Origin: an uncultured delta proteobacterium
GTDB lineage: Bacteria; Desulfobacterota; Binatia; Binatales; Binataceae
Assembly (NCBI GenBank): GCA_963814715.1
Contig: CAWFDW010000002.1
Location: 65,800 to 129,799, forward strand
Direction of reading: 5' to 3'
DNA length: 64,000 bases
Below are positions 50,811 through 61,299 of the stretch, one piece after another. The translations under genes and the position numbers were made by a program. Position 1 is the first letter of the stretch. Every line of letters begins with the position of its first letter. The notes under the pieces were generated by a model that worked only from the letters and a program-made list of their open reading frames with translations, did no database searches and was not told where the DNA came from.

Positions 50811-51662
50811 CTAATCGGCAGCCTGGGCGGCTTGGTGCGCCTGTTTCTCGTCGCGGGTCGCCAGCCAGGTTTCTACTGCACGATTTAATTCGACAGGATT
50901 ACCGGACATGAGCCAGTGATTCGATCTGATGACCGAGCGCGCCGCATGCGGCAGGACTGCGAAGTTGATGGCCTCCTGCCAGCCGAGGCTCTCGTCAGCG
51001 ACGACGAAAAGAGTAGGGCAGCGCACCTTGCGGATTATGTCGGAGTGATCCTTGCCCGCCGCGGTACATATTGCGATCAGCGTCTGTCGGGAAACGCGTG
51101 CGCGCAGGTTTCCGTCAGCGTCCCGGACTATCCCGCGCTCGAACGCGCGCTTCAGCGCCTCGTTCCAGTTGGCGTATTGGGGCAGGCTGCGCACCGAGTT
51201 CGCGGCTTCTTCAAGCGATCGCCACGGTCCCAACTCGCCCGCGAAAGTGAGGTCCACGAACATCTCCGCGGGAATCGGAATGCCGGAAGCGGGGGAGGGG
51301 TCCAGCAGCAGCAGCGCGTCTGCGATGTCCGGATGCATCGCGGCGATCATCGCGGCCAGCTTGCCGCCCCACGAATGTCCGCCCCATATCGCGCGGCCCT
51401 TCACGACCTGACGGCTCACCGAAGAAATCAATTCGGCGAGCGGCTCCATCTCCCACGTCGGAGCATCCGTGCTGCCGGCGTGGCCGGGCATATCCAGCGC
51501 GATGATGTGCCTGCCGGCGAGCGAACTGATGAGCGACTCGAACCAGAGCGCATTACCGGCGACGCCATGCAGCAGCACAATCGGGATGCCGGCGCCGCGC
51601 CGCTCGATTCCGGTGATGACAGTATTGCGGTGTTCGAATCGAAGCTCGGTAAATTCGGACAT
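50811..51662 (-). CDS. Alpha/beta hydrolase
   Basis: Intact 283-aa ORF with VLLHGVAGN (oxyanion HG) and GGHSWGG (nucleophile elbow GxSxG). Confidence 0.85.
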   Translation of the reverse strand: MSEFTELRFEHRNTVITGIERRGAGIPIVLLHGVAGNALWFESLISSLAGRHIIALDMPGHAGSTDAPTWEMEPLAELISSVSRQVVKGRAIWGGHSWGGKLAAMIAAMHPDIADALLLLDPSPASGIPIPAEMFVDLTFAGELGPWRSLEEAANSVRSLPQYANWNEALKRAFERGIVRDADGNLRARVSRQTLIAICTAAGKDHSDIIRKVRCPTLFVVADESLGWQEAINFAVLPHAARSVIRSNHWLMSGNPVELNRAVETWLATRDEKQAHQAAQAAD

Positions 51663-51942
51663 AGGATCGCCTCAAGGCCGCCTGATACGGGTTGTAGGAC
51701 TATTATACGAAGTGTGACGAAGCAAGACGCGCTTGCGCGAGCTGCTGCATGGCAGGCCCACCGATGAATTCAGCTTCTCTCTCAGTTAAGCGAAGTTTAA
51801 ATCGTACCTCAGAGAAGGTGCGGAAACCCTACATCTTGTAGACTTTCGACGGCTTTCTGTTCCATCGGCGACCCGAGGTGTTATGTAGCAATTAGCTGCT
51901 GCCTGTTTGTTCATGTTTAGCTATATGTTAGTAATTTGCGGT

Positions 51943-52437
51943 ATGTTGAAGGCAAAGAGTTCACCAACGAGCGCCGCGACCCGCGCGGGAAAGGGCAAAT
52001 CGGACGGCGTAGTCTCGCGCGCGAAGGCCCCCGGCTTCGGCGATGTGATCCGCGCCAAGCGACTGGAATTGGGCCTTACGCAGGACGAACTCGCCGCGAG
52101 GATCGAGATTTCCACCCCGTATGTGGGGCATCTGGAATCAGAGAAGAGGCATCCGTCGAACAAAATTATTCCCAGACTGGCGAGCGCGCTGGGCCTCGAC
52201 AATCGCGAACTGTTCTTTCTCGCCAACCCGCATGCCGAGGCGTTAATCTCGGAACCCGTGGCAGCCGTGGGCTCGACGTGGGAACAGTTCCAGAAAAACG
52301 AAAAGCTGCGGCGCCTCCACCACATCTCGAATGCCGAGATGCAGGTTCTATCGCAGGTGGCGTTGATGGGTGATTTTCGATCGCCGCGCGAGCTTATCTA
52401 CATTCTCACCACCATCCGTCACGCAGTCGGCAGATAG
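51943..52437 (+). CDS. XRE-family helix-turn-helix transcriptional regulator
   Basis: IRAKRLELGLTQDELAARIEISTPYVGHLESEKRHPS is an HTH_3 motif. It lies in an AT-richer stretch. The start was chosen at ATG 51943; TTG 51907 is also possible. Confidence 0.75.
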   Translation: MLKAKSSPTSAATRAGKGKSDGVVSRAKAPGFGDVIRAKRLELGLTQDELAARIEISTPYVGHLESEKRHPSNKIIPRLASALGLDNRELFFLANPHAEALISEPVAAVGSTWEQFQKNEKLRRLHHISNAEMQVLSQVALMGDFRSPRELIYILTTIRHAVGR

Positions 52438-52748
52438 ACCTCGCCGCCTGAATAGCCCGCACTGCTGAACCCTTCCCCCCGCAGCTCGTCGCGCTGGCCT
52501 GCGACGAACCGCGGCCTCGAATAGCTAATCGCCAATGTAGCATTCTGGTAATATGCGAGTAGCAACTTGCTAATGCATTTATCATTCTATCCTATCTCAC
52601 TCTTCAGCCTCAGTTCACTATTTGTGTAGTTATCCAGCCCGGGATCTGATTGCCTATCTGAAGTAGAGTCCTCGTCGGATCGTTGGATGCAGGCGGAAGG
52701 GATTGTCGTGTCGCGATTAGTGCGAGGCACGATGGAGGAGGGTAGGCC

Positions 52749-53543
52749 ATGTTTCAACGCAGTTACTACCGAACGATCTGGATCTCCGATGTGCACCTCG
52801 GAACTCGCGCGTGCAAAGCAAATTCATTGCTCGATTTCCTCCGCCATCATATTGCCGAGACCCTTTACCTGGTCGGCGATATCGTCGACGGATGGAACTG
52901 GGGGCCGTCGTGGCACTGGAGTCCCGCGCAACAAGAGCTGGTGGACGAAGTCGTTCAATGGCGCCGCGCCGGCGCCAACGTTGTATTCATACCCGGCAAC
53001 CATGACGAGCATAAGATCGGCCTCGTCGAGGATCTGTTCGGCCGTATCCCTTCCGTAAGTTCATTGATTCACAGCACGGCAGCCGGTTCGAGGATGCTGG
53101 TGATTCATGGGCATCAGTTCGACGGCTCGCTCAATCTGAATCGTCTGCTGCCAAAAATTGGAGCTAACGCATACGCACGCGCCCAACGGATTCACGACTG
53201 GTACAACCGGCATACCGAAAAGGATGGCGACGAGAGTCGTTCGCTGTCTGACTATCTCCGTGAGCCCGCCCGCAAGGCAATCGAGTTCCTGACTGATTTT
53301 CGCGATCGAGCGGTGCTCGCGGCCGCACGCGACCACAAAGCCGACGGCGTGATCTGCGGACATATTCATCGTTCGGATCATCGGCTCATCGGAAACGTCC
53401 TCTACGTAAACGACGGCGACTGGGTGCACAACCGGACAGCTGTCGTCGAGGAACCGGACGGTGCGCTGCAGGTCGTACGCTGGAGCGCTGCACCGCAGAA
53501 CATTTCGGTTTCGGAACCGATGCCGCAGGAGGCGACTTCGTGA
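52749..53543 (+). CDS. LpxH-like metallophosphoesterase, PlcP-type (phosphate-starvation phospholipase C-like) rather than true LpxH
   Basis: GGAGGAGGG RBS is present. WISDVHLGTRACKANSLLDFL, LYLVGDIVDGW, IPGNHDE, IHGHQFD and CGHIHR are calcineurin-like metal ligands. The GTR-C...LLDFL...GDIVDGW pattern matches what I recall for PlcP-type proteins. Confidence 0.75.
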   Translation: MFQRSYYRTIWISDVHLGTRACKANSLLDFLRHHIAETLYLVGDIVDGWNWGPSWHWSPAQQELVDEVVQWRRAGANVVFIPGNHDEHKIGLVEDLFGRIPSVSSLIHSTAAGSRMLVIHGHQFDGSLNLNRLLPKIGANAYARAQRIHDWYNRHTEKDGDESRSLSDYLREPARKAIEFLTDFRDRAVLAAARDHKADGVICGHIHRSDHRLIGNVLYVNDGDWVHNRTAVVEEPDGALQVVRWSAAPQNISVSEPMPQEATS

Positions 53544-54797
53544 CTATTTACCAATCTGAATCGGCCAATCGCGCTGAGTCACAGATCGATCTGATTTACT
53601 TCGACGCGGGCGGAGGACATCGCGCGTCGGCGACCGCGCTCGTATCCGCGGCCCGCCAACAGCATCGCTCGTGGCACATTAATCTGGTCAATCTGCGCGA
53701 ACTACTCGAGCCGGCCGATGTCATTCGACGCCTTACCGGCGTGCGCATCGAGGACTTCTACAACTCGCAACTGAAACACGGCATCACTATCGGCACAGGT
53801 CCACTGCTGCGGATAACGCAGATGCTGATTCGGCAGCTCGAGCCGACGATCATCAAGCTGCTGGCGCGCCATTGGCAGCGCTCGCGAGCCGACCTGGTTG
53901 TTTCGATGATCCCCAATTTCAATCATGCAATCTTGCACGGGCTGCGACAGGCGGACGTGATGCAGCGCCGATCCGAGACTCCGATGGTCACGATTCTTAC
54001 CGACCTCGCCGACTGTCCTCCGCATTTCTGGATCGAACGTCAAAAGCAGTACCTGGTTTGCGGCACTGATACCGCCGCGGATCAGGCGCTTGCGATGGGC
54101 CATGCTCCAGAGCGCGTATTTCGCACCTCGGGAATGATCGTGCGTCCCGAGTTCTATCGGCCGATCGAGATGAATCGCGCGGCCGAGCGAATCCGGCTGG
54201 GACTCGACCCTGAGCTGCCGACGGGCATCGTGATGTTCGGGAGCAATGGATCGAGCCAGATGGCAGTCTATCGCGAGAAGGATCGAAGTTGCCGGGATTA
54301 AGACTCAGCTGATCTTTGTATGCGGTCACAATGACAAGCTGCGCGAACGTATCGAAAGCATGAAGCTGTCCTACCCGTTCCACTGTGTCGGCTTCACGCC
54401 GGAAATTCCGTACTACATGAAGCTGGCGGATTTTTTCATCGGCAAGCCGGGTCCGGGCAGCATCAGTGAGGCGCTGGTTATGGGTCTGCCGCTGATTGTG
54501 GAGCGCAACAGTTGGACGATGGTGCAGGAACGCTTCAACACCGATTGGATCGCTCAGAACGGATTCGGCGTGGTGCTGCCTTCCTTCCGGGACATCGGCG
54601 CTGCGGTTTCGACGATGCTGGATCGCGAGCAGTTCTCGCATCTGCGCGCCAACGTGGAAGCATTCGACAACCGCGCGGTGTTTGAGATCCCCGAAATTCT
54701 GGAGGGGCTGATTTCTCATCATCGAGCCGCAAACTGGAGCTTCGGACGCACCGCGACAGCAAGGCAATTCGGGTCAGAAATCCACTACGGCATTTGA
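53540..54797 (+). CDS. Diacylglycerol glycosyltransferase, MGDG-synthase/GT28-like (frame break about 54270)
   Basis: IYFDAGGGHRASATAL (MGDG_synth N-domain GxGH) is present. The C-domain FIGKPGPGSISEALVMGLPLIV is in ORF 54246..54797. GTGA overlaps the upstream gene. Confidence 0.8.
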
Positions 54798-54807
54798 CGT
54801 CCGGATT

Positions 54808-55587
54808 TTGAAAGCAATTCTTCCAGCTGCGTTCTGGCTGGCAGCGTGCGCGGCACTTTCAAGCAGCGCGGCTGCGCTGGAAGCCGGTCCAGCCGACGCT
54901 CCGCATTCGAGCGGGTTGCAGTTCAAGATCTTGAGTCCCGACGGGAAGCAAACGATTGGCGCCACGCGCTTCACAATCCTGCGGAACAACTCAACCGAAG
55001 AGATTAAGGGCGAGACCCGGTACCTTAATGGCGAGCGCGATAGCGAAGACGAACTCCTGAAAATCTCGCCCGCCGCAAACGCGCAAATCCTCGACACCTA
55101 CGAGCACTCGTTCTTCAACGCCGACGGCACGTTGCACATGGTCGATACGCTCGATGCTAAATCGGGCGTCGCGTCGTGCACGAGCTACTCGTCAGGTGAG
55201 ATGAAGGTGCGCAAGTCCCGGCTTGACGTGCCGGCTGATTCTTTCGCCGGTGCTTCCGGGTTGATGATGATAGTCGAGAGGCTCCGCAATGGGAGTCGCG
55301 AAATCAGTTTTCACGGGTTCGCATGCGCGCCGGGGCCAACGATCTTCAGCGTCAAGGCGTCGCTGCCTGATCGATCCGAGCATTGGCTTTTATATCCCGG
55401 CGATCTCTTCCGCCTCGATATGCGGCCGGACCTGGGCGGCGCCCTGAATCTGTTGATTGCACCGTTCATCCCAACGATGGCCGCGTGGTTCAATCCCAAT
55501 GACAGTTGGAACTACGTCGGTGGCGAGTTCGACCGCTATTTCCGCGGACCTCACGTGCTGACAGTTCGAGTGCCGCCGGCGAACTAG
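54808..55587 (+). CDS. Hypothetical secreted protein
   Basis: Intact 259-aa ORF (TTG start) with signal peptide MKAILPAAFWLAACAALSSSAAA. I recognise no family. Confidence 0.5.
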   Translation: MKAILPAAFWLAACAALSSSAAALEAGPADAPHSSGLQFKILSPDGKQTIGATRFTILRNNSTEEIKGETRYLNGERDSEDELLKISPAANAQILDTYEHSFFNADGTLHMVDTLDAKSGVASCTSYSSGEMKVRKSRLDVPADSFAGASGLMMIVERLRNGSREISFHGFACAPGPTIFSVKASLPDRSEHWLLYPGDLFRLDMRPDLGGALNLLIAPFIPTMAAWFNPNDSWNYVGGEFDRYFRGPHVLTVRVPPAN

Positions 55588-55857
55588 AATCTTTTTTCGT
55601 GACGTGAAGATGGCGCCCGCGTGTCGCGCGGATTTCCTGCAGTCCTTCACATAAACGGTCATCGCGCGGAGCTTCCAACTCTGGCGCGTCGAAGCGTGCG
55701 ATGGCGTCGAAATCGTGCACACGATTTTTAATTCTTCTTCGTCCGACCGTTCACACCCGCGTCCAATACCGCGCGCTATTCGTTCGCTCCAATCCACGCG
55801 ACGCAGAATTGCGATGGTCGCAGGTTTTGCGCGCACATCACCAAGGAGGAACGTATT

Positions 55858-57936
55858 GTGAAATCTTGCACACGACTCTTGAAATCCATGCCGGCAACGC
55901 TCGCCGGTGCAATCTTGCTGATCGCGACTGCATTGCCGGGCGGCGCTCGCGCAGCCTGCCAGCTCGGGAACGGCGTCCAACACGTCGTCTACGTCGAGTT
56001 CGACAACGTACATTTCACTCGCGACAATCCGAACGTGCCGTCCGATCTCGAGCAGATGCCGCATCTGCTGAACTTCATCAAACAGAACGGCACGCTGGAC
56101 GCCGGCGATCACGCGGTGCTGATCTCCCACACCGCCAACGACATTCTCACGACTCAGACCGGGCTCTACTCCGACGATGACGGCATCGCGGTCGCCAACA
56201 GCTTCGGCGTCTTCGATCCCGCCGGCGTCGCATTTCCTTCGTCGTTCTTCTACTGGACGGACCTGGTTCAGGACATCACCCCGGCAACCAAGGACAGCAC
56301 GTTCGCGCTGACGACGCCGTCGGGCGACAACGTTCCCGCTCCGTGGGTCCCGTTCACGCGCGCCGGATGCGACGTCGGCGCCTACTCGACCGCCAACATC
56401 GTACTGGAGCGGTCGCCGTTCGACGTCGCAAAAGTCTTCGGTAATCCGTCGTCACAATTGTCTGAGGCGGAGCCGCAGCGGACCAACGATTTTATCGGTG
56501 AAGCGATTCATTGCACTCAAGGCAGCGCGCTCTGTTCGAGTGCAAATGGCGGAGTGACCGACACGTTGCCGAGCGAGCCCGATGGCTACACCGGCTACCA
56601 GGCGTTGTTCGGCGCGAAGTACATTTATCCCGCGCTCGGCAACCCCAATGACTACAATGGAAACCCGCTGAACAGTTTTCCAGGCTTCGATCCCGTTCCT
56701 GCGCAGACGCTGGCGATGGTCGAGGCGATGCTGAAGAAGGGCATCCCGGTGGTCTTTGCCTACATCGCGGACGCTCACGACAATCAGGAAGGACACAGCC
56801 TCTCCACCGAGGGTACGTTTGGTCCGGGCGAAGCGCCGTACGTGAAGCAGCTCAAGGACTTCGACGCTGCCTTCGCGACATTTTTCGCCAACCTGAAGAG
56901 CGAAGGCATTGACCAGACCAATACTCTGTTCGTCTTCACTCCCGACGAAGGCGATCATTTTGTCGGAGCTGCGCCGACCAATCCCGGCTGCGACGGTGTG
57001 ACGACGCCATGCACTTATCCGACGTCGCCAGTACCCGGTGTCGGAGAACTCGACGTCAATCTGAACGGACTCGTTTCCGCGGCGGGCGACTCGACGCCAT
57101 TCTCGATCCACACCGACGATGCGCCCACCGTCTACATCCCGGGCCAGCCGTCCCCTACCGACGCCTCCGCGCGAAAGCTCGAGCAGACGATGGCCGGTCT
57201 GACCGCGGAAAATCTGCATACCGGGTCGACTGAGAACTTGATGGCGGCGATGGCTGATCCGATCGAAGAGTCGATGCTCCATATGGTGACGGAGGCCGAT
57301 CCCGCACGCACGCCGACGTTTACCTTCTTCGGCGATCCCAACTTCTTCTTCGTGTCCAGTGGCAGCACAACTCCGTCCGTTGGCACCGGCTTCGCCTGGA
57401 ATCATGGCGACATCCAGCCCGAGATCGCGCGTACCTTTATCGCGATCGCAGGCCCCGGCGTCAGCAATCTCGGCGTGACTGACAATTTCTTTTCCGATCA
57501 CGTCGATGTGCGTCCGACGATCATGTTCCTGGCCGGACTGACCGACGACTATCAGCATGACGGACGCGTTCTGATGGAACTGATTCGGCCCAACGCGTTG
57601 AACAGCAATCTACATGCGCATCACGACACGCTCCTGCAGCTCGGACAGGCGTACAAGCAGATCAATGCGCCATTCGGACAGCTCGCGATGAGCACGTTGG
57701 CAATCTCGACGCACGCGCTTCAGAGCACCTCGATGAACGATTCGACGTACACGCAACTCGAAGCGCAGATTGCTGCGTGGACGGAGCAGCGCGATAGCAT
57801 CGCGGCACAAATGAAGGCGATGCTCGAAGGAGCTGAATTCGCAGGACAATCCATCGACGAGAAGCAGGCGAAGTCGCTGATTTCTCAGGCGCAAAGTCTG
57901 ATTGATCAAGCGTCGAGCCTCGAAGCATCGCTCTAA
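55858..57936 (+). CDS. Secreted phosphoesterase-superfamily protein (PLC/AcpA-like, divergent)
   Basis: AAGGAGGA RBS precedes GTG 55858 and a signal peptide is present. HVVYVEFDNVHF parallels the PF04185 N-terminal motif, and LFVFTPDEGDHF parallels the DE-GG-xDH motif. The ORF is an intact 692 aa. Confidence 0.55.
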   Translation: MKSCTRLLKSMPATLAGAILLIATALPGGARAACQLGNGVQHVVYVEFDNVHFTRDNPNVPSDLEQMPHLLNFIKQNGTLDAGDHAVLISHTANDILTTQTGLYSDDDGIAVANSFGVFDPAGVAFPSSFFYWTDLVQDITPATKDSTFALTTPSGDNVPAPWVPFTRAGCDVGAYSTANIVLERSPFDVAKVFGNPSSQLSEAEPQRTNDFIGEAIHCTQGSALCSSANGGVTDTLPSEPDGYTGYQALFGAKYIYPALGNPNDYNGNPLNSFPGFDPVPAQTLAMVEAMLKKGIPVVFAYIADAHDNQEGHSLSTEGTFGPGEAPYVKQLKDFDAAFATFFANLKSEGIDQTNTLFVFTPDEGDHFVGAAPTNPGCDGVTTPCTYPTSPVPGVGELDVNLNGLVSAAGDSTPFSIHTDDAPTVYIPGQPSPTDASARKLEQTMAGLTAENLHTGSTENLMAAMADPIEESMLHMVTEADPARTPTFTFFGDPNFFFVSSGSTTPSVGTGFAWNHGDIQPEIARTFIAIAGPGVSNLGVTDNFFSDHVDVRPTIMFLAGLTDDYQHDGRVLMELIRPNALNSNLHAHHDTLLQLGQAYKQINAPFGQLAMSTLAISTHALQSTSMNDSTYTQLEAQIAAWTEQRDSIAAQMKAMLEGAEFAGQSIDEKQAKSLISQAQSLIDQASSLEASL

Positions 57937-58082
57937 TCTTTGACTCTGCATGACCCGGGCTGGCGCCAGACCAGCCCGGGTCAGCTCAGTCTCCATCGCC
58001 GACGCTAGCGTTCGCTACATCAGGCGCGAACGTTTCGGGCTTCGTTCACGACGCGGTCATCTGAAAGTGATAGAAGCTTCGC

Positions 58083-59864
58083 ATGAACCAGACGCGCCCG
58101 CGCTCACGAGGCCGCATCGCGTTCGCAGTAACGGCGGCGCTTTTTGTTTTGGCGCACTCGGTCTTTGCGCAAACCCACGCGCCCCGCACCCCGATTAAGC
58201 ATTTGATCGTCGTCGTAGGCGAAAATCATTCATTCGATAATCTATTCGCTGCCTACCAGCCCCAACCGGGTCAGAGCGTTCGAAATTTGCTGTCGGAGGG
58301 GATTATCAAACCAGATGGGAGTGAAGGTCCCAACTTCAAGCAAGCCGAGCAATGGCAGGCCGTTGACCATGACAAGTACTCGATCGTTCCCGAACGAACC
58401 GCGGCTTACGCGACGCTGCCGCAACCAAATACCACCTTCGCTTTTGGGCAACCGCACAACGCAGCGGATACCCGCTTCCCCGCCAGCCTACCGAATGGGC
58501 CGTTTCAACTGAGCAAGTACGCTCCCTACCAACTCTCCTACACCGGCGATCCGGTTCATCGCTTCTTTCAGATGTGGCAGCAGTTCGACGAGGGACGCAA
58601 CGATTTGGTGCCATGGGTGGCGACTACGATTGGAATGGGCAGTGGGGGTAATCCGCCGCCGGTTCCTTTTACCGATCAAAGTACCAATCAGGGCAGCGTC
58701 GCGATGGGCTTCTACAATATGATCCAAGGCGACGTTCCAGTGTTCAGATTCATCGCTGACCACTATGCGATAAGCGACAACTTTCACCAGGGAATCATGG
58801 GCGGCACTGGCGCGAGTTTCATCTATCTCGGCACCGGCGATCTTGCCTTCTATAGCGATGGTAACGGTCATCCTGAAACACCGCCCGCCAGATTGATCGA
58901 AAATCCGGATCCCTGGACCGCCTCCAACAACTGGTACAAGCAAGACGGCTACGAGAGTGGCTCATATGTGAATTGTGCCGACCTGTCACAACCTGGCGTC
59001 GCGCAGATCGTTGCTTATCTGCAGTCGTTGAAGCGACCCACCCGATGCGATCCCGCTCATTACTATCTCGTCAATAACTACGGACCCGCCTTCAACGCGA
59101 ACGGGACCAAAGTCCACGTGAAGCAGCATCCCTACACTTTGCCGCCGCAGACTCTGCCGAACATCGGCGAGGCGCTAAGCAAAGCGGGCGTCTCGTGGAA
59201 ATATTACATCGGTGGGCTCAAACGCGGCGGTGCTCAACACTCGGGCGCCAACGACACCTGGTGCTCGATCTGCAATCCGTTGCAATACAGCAAGAACATC
59301 ATGACCTCCGCGCTCCGCAATCAGATCGTCGATGTTTCTGAATTTTACCGCGACGCTGACAAAGGCAACCTGCCCGAAGTCTCTTTCGTGCGGCCCTACG
59401 AGCCGTACTCAGGCCATCCGGCTAACTCTGCCGTGTCCGCCTATGAATATTTCGTCCTGAGCATCGCCAATGAGATAATAAGCAAACCGGATCTGTTTGC
59501 TTCGACGGCGATCATGGTCACCTTGGACGAGGGCGGCGGCTACTACGACTCCGGCTACGTCCAGCCGCTCGATTTCTTTGGCGATGGGACGCGAATTCCG
59601 ATGCTCGTGATTTCGCCCTATGTTAAGTCCGGAAAGATCGACCACACTTATTCCGACCACGGCTCGATACTGAAGTTCATCGAAGCAAACTGGCAGCTGC
59701 CGCCGCTGTCGGCGCGAAGCCGCGACAATCTTCCTAACCCGGTTGCCGCGCCAGACAATCCATACGTACCAGTTAACGGCCCGGCGCTCGGGGATCTGAT
59801 GACTATTTTCGACTTCGCTCACAAGCAGTCCAACCCGACGATGATCCTCCCCGGCGGGATCTGA
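58083..59864 (+). CDS. Phosphoesterase family protein (phospholipase C / acid phosphatase AcpA family)
   Basis: A signal peptide is present. IKHLIVVVGENHSFDNLF, MVTLDEGGGYYDSGYV and GDGTRIPMLVISPYVKSG are PF04185 hallmark motifs. Confidence 0.85.
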   Translation: MNQTRPRSRGRIAFAVTAALFVLAHSVFAQTHAPRTPIKHLIVVVGENHSFDNLFAAYQPQPGQSVRNLLSEGIIKPDGSEGPNFKQAEQWQAVDHDKYSIVPERTAAYATLPQPNTTFAFGQPHNAADTRFPASLPNGPFQLSKYAPYQLSYTGDPVHRFFQMWQQFDEGRNDLVPWVATTIGMGSGGNPPPVPFTDQSTNQGSVAMGFYNMIQGDVPVFRFIADHYAISDNFHQGIMGGTGASFIYLGTGDLAFYSDGNGHPETPPARLIENPDPWTASNNWYKQDGYESGSYVNCADLSQPGVAQIVAYLQSLKRPTRCDPAHYYLVNNYGPAFNANGTKVHVKQHPYTLPPQTLPNIGEALSKAGVSWKYYIGGLKRGGAQHSGANDTWCSICNPLQYSKNIMTSALRNQIVDVSEFYRDADKGNLPEVSFVRPYEPYSGHPANSAVSAYEYFVLSIANEIISKPDLFASTAIMVTLDEGGGYYDSGYVQPLDFFGDGTRIPMLVISPYVKSGKIDHTYSDHGSILKFIEANWQLPPLSARSRDNLPNPVAAPDNPYVPVNGPALGDLMTIFDFAHKQSNPTMILPGGI

Positions 59865-59969
59865 GATTCTGCGCGGGGCTCACTCGCGGGTTGCGCGACC
59901 GCGCGGAAATGTCGAGAATTGGGCCGCAAGTACGTTCATCTCGGCCATTGGAAATTCGGGGAGGGTCCT

Positions 59970-60302
59970 GTGGAGATTGGCGAGCATCGCGATGGCGACA
60001 TTCTGGTCCTGAGTCCCGCAGGACGGATTGATAACGAGACGAGCGCGGATTTTCAGACCAAGCTGCTCGCGGTGTTGACTCCCGGCGCCGCAGTGCTGAT
60101 TGATTTCTCCAACGTCGAGTACATTTCGAGCGCGGGCTTGCGCGCGCTGATGATGGGATCGAAGCAAGCGAAGGCGACCCAGGGTCGGCTCGCGGTCGCG
60201 GCACTGGGTCCGGTGGTCAGGGAGATTTTCGAGATCAGTCGTTTCTCGATGGTCGTACAGGTTTTCGATACACCAGCGGCGGCACTTGCGGCGCTCCGCT
60301 GA
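59970..60302 (+). CDS. STAS-domain anti-sigma-factor antagonist (SpoIIAA/RsbV-like)
   Basis: GGGGAGGG RBS precedes GTG 59970. VEIGEHRDGDILVLSPAGRID..., DFSNVEYISSAGLRALM (phosphorylatable Ser context DxSxVxxIDSxGL) are present. Confidence 0.85.
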   Translation: MEIGEHRDGDILVLSPAGRIDNETSADFQTKLLAVLTPGAAVLIDFSNVEYISSAGLRALMMGSKQAKATQGRLAVAALGPVVREIFEISRFSMVVQVFDTPAAALAALR

Positions 60303-60333
60303 CTCGCGGACAACTGCACAGGAGCCAGTGCCT

Positions 60334-61299
60334 ATGTTGATCCGTTTTTGGGGAAGTCGCGGTTCGATTCCGACCCCGCTTGGATACCGGGCGGTCCGGA
60401 CCAAGCTCCGCGAAGCACTGCTGGTCGCACGCGGCCATCACCTGGACAGCCTCGAAGCGATCGACAACTTTCTCGCGAAGGAATTGCCGTTCTCGATCAG
60501 CGGCACCTACGGCGGCAATTCGAGCTGCGTCGAAATAGAAGCGGCCGGCAACGAAAACGAGTACGTGCTGTGCGACCTGGGGTCGGGAGTGCGCGAGTTC
60601 GGCAACGCGTTGATCGCAAAGCATGGTCCCGCACAAAAATCGCGCTTCAACGTTTTCCTGTCGCATACGCATTGGGATCACATCATGGGGTTCCCGTTTT
60701 TCACCCCTTCATATATTCCGGGTAACGTGATTCGCATCCACGGCTGCCACAAGGGGATGCGCGACGTTTTCATTCGCCAGCAATCCAATCCCTGCTTTCC
60801 AATCGATTTCCGCGCGCTCGGCGCGACGATCGAATTCGTCGAGCTGGAGCCGGGCCGCACCTACGAGATCGACGGGCTGTCGGTCAAGGCGATACGGCAG
60901 AACCATCCGAGCGATTCCTACGGCTTTCGATTCTCGAAGAACGGCAAGTCGATGGTTTACTCGACTGACTCCGAGCACAAGTTCGACGTGCTCACCGAGA
61001 ACTATCCGTTCGTCGAGTTTTTCCGCGACGCCGATCTGTTGATCTTCGACGCTCAGTACTCGCTCGCCGATCAAATTTCGGTGAAAGAGGATTGGGGACA
61101 TTCGAGCAACATGATCGCGGTCGAGCTCGCGCAACTCGCGCACGTGAAGCACCTCGTGATGTACCATCACGAGCCTGTATTCGACGACAAACTGATCGAG
61201 AAAGTCTTGGGTGAGACGCGGCGCTACGCAGAGATCAACGAGTACCCGCAGAAGCTGACGGTCAGCTCTGCATACGACGGACTCGAGATTGTCCTCTGA
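60334..61299 (+). CDS. MBL-fold metallo-hydrolase
   Basis: MLIRFWGSRGSIPTP, YGGNSSCVEI and LSHTHWDH (HxHxDH) are present, followed by a later DSEH and the histidines in MYHHEP. Confidence 0.85.
   Translation: MLIRFWGSRGSIPTPLGYRAVRTKLREALLVARGHHLDSLEAIDNFLAKELPFSISGTYGGNSSCVEIEAAGNENEYVLCDLGSGVREFGNALIAKHGPAQKSRFNVFLSHTHWDHIMGFPFFTPSYIPGNVIRIHGCHKGMRDVFIRQQSNPCFPIDFRALGATIEFVELEPGRTYEIDGLSVKAIRQNHPSDSYGFRFSKNGKSMVYSTDSEHKFDVLTENYPFVEFFRDADLLIFDAQYSLADQISVKEDWGHSSNMIAVELAQLAHVKHLVMYHHEPVFDDKLIEKVLGETRRYAEINEYPQKLTVSSAYDGLEIVL

Noticed and set aside
55640-55670. Pho-box-like sequence CTTCACATAAACGGTCAT upstream of the first phosphoesterase, and TCAC repeats at about 52590-52620
   Set aside because: Only one half-site resembles known PhoB/PhoP repeats. 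The spacing and the second half-site do not fit, and the region is about 200 nt from the start codon. The evidence is too weak to call without a lineage-specific matrix.
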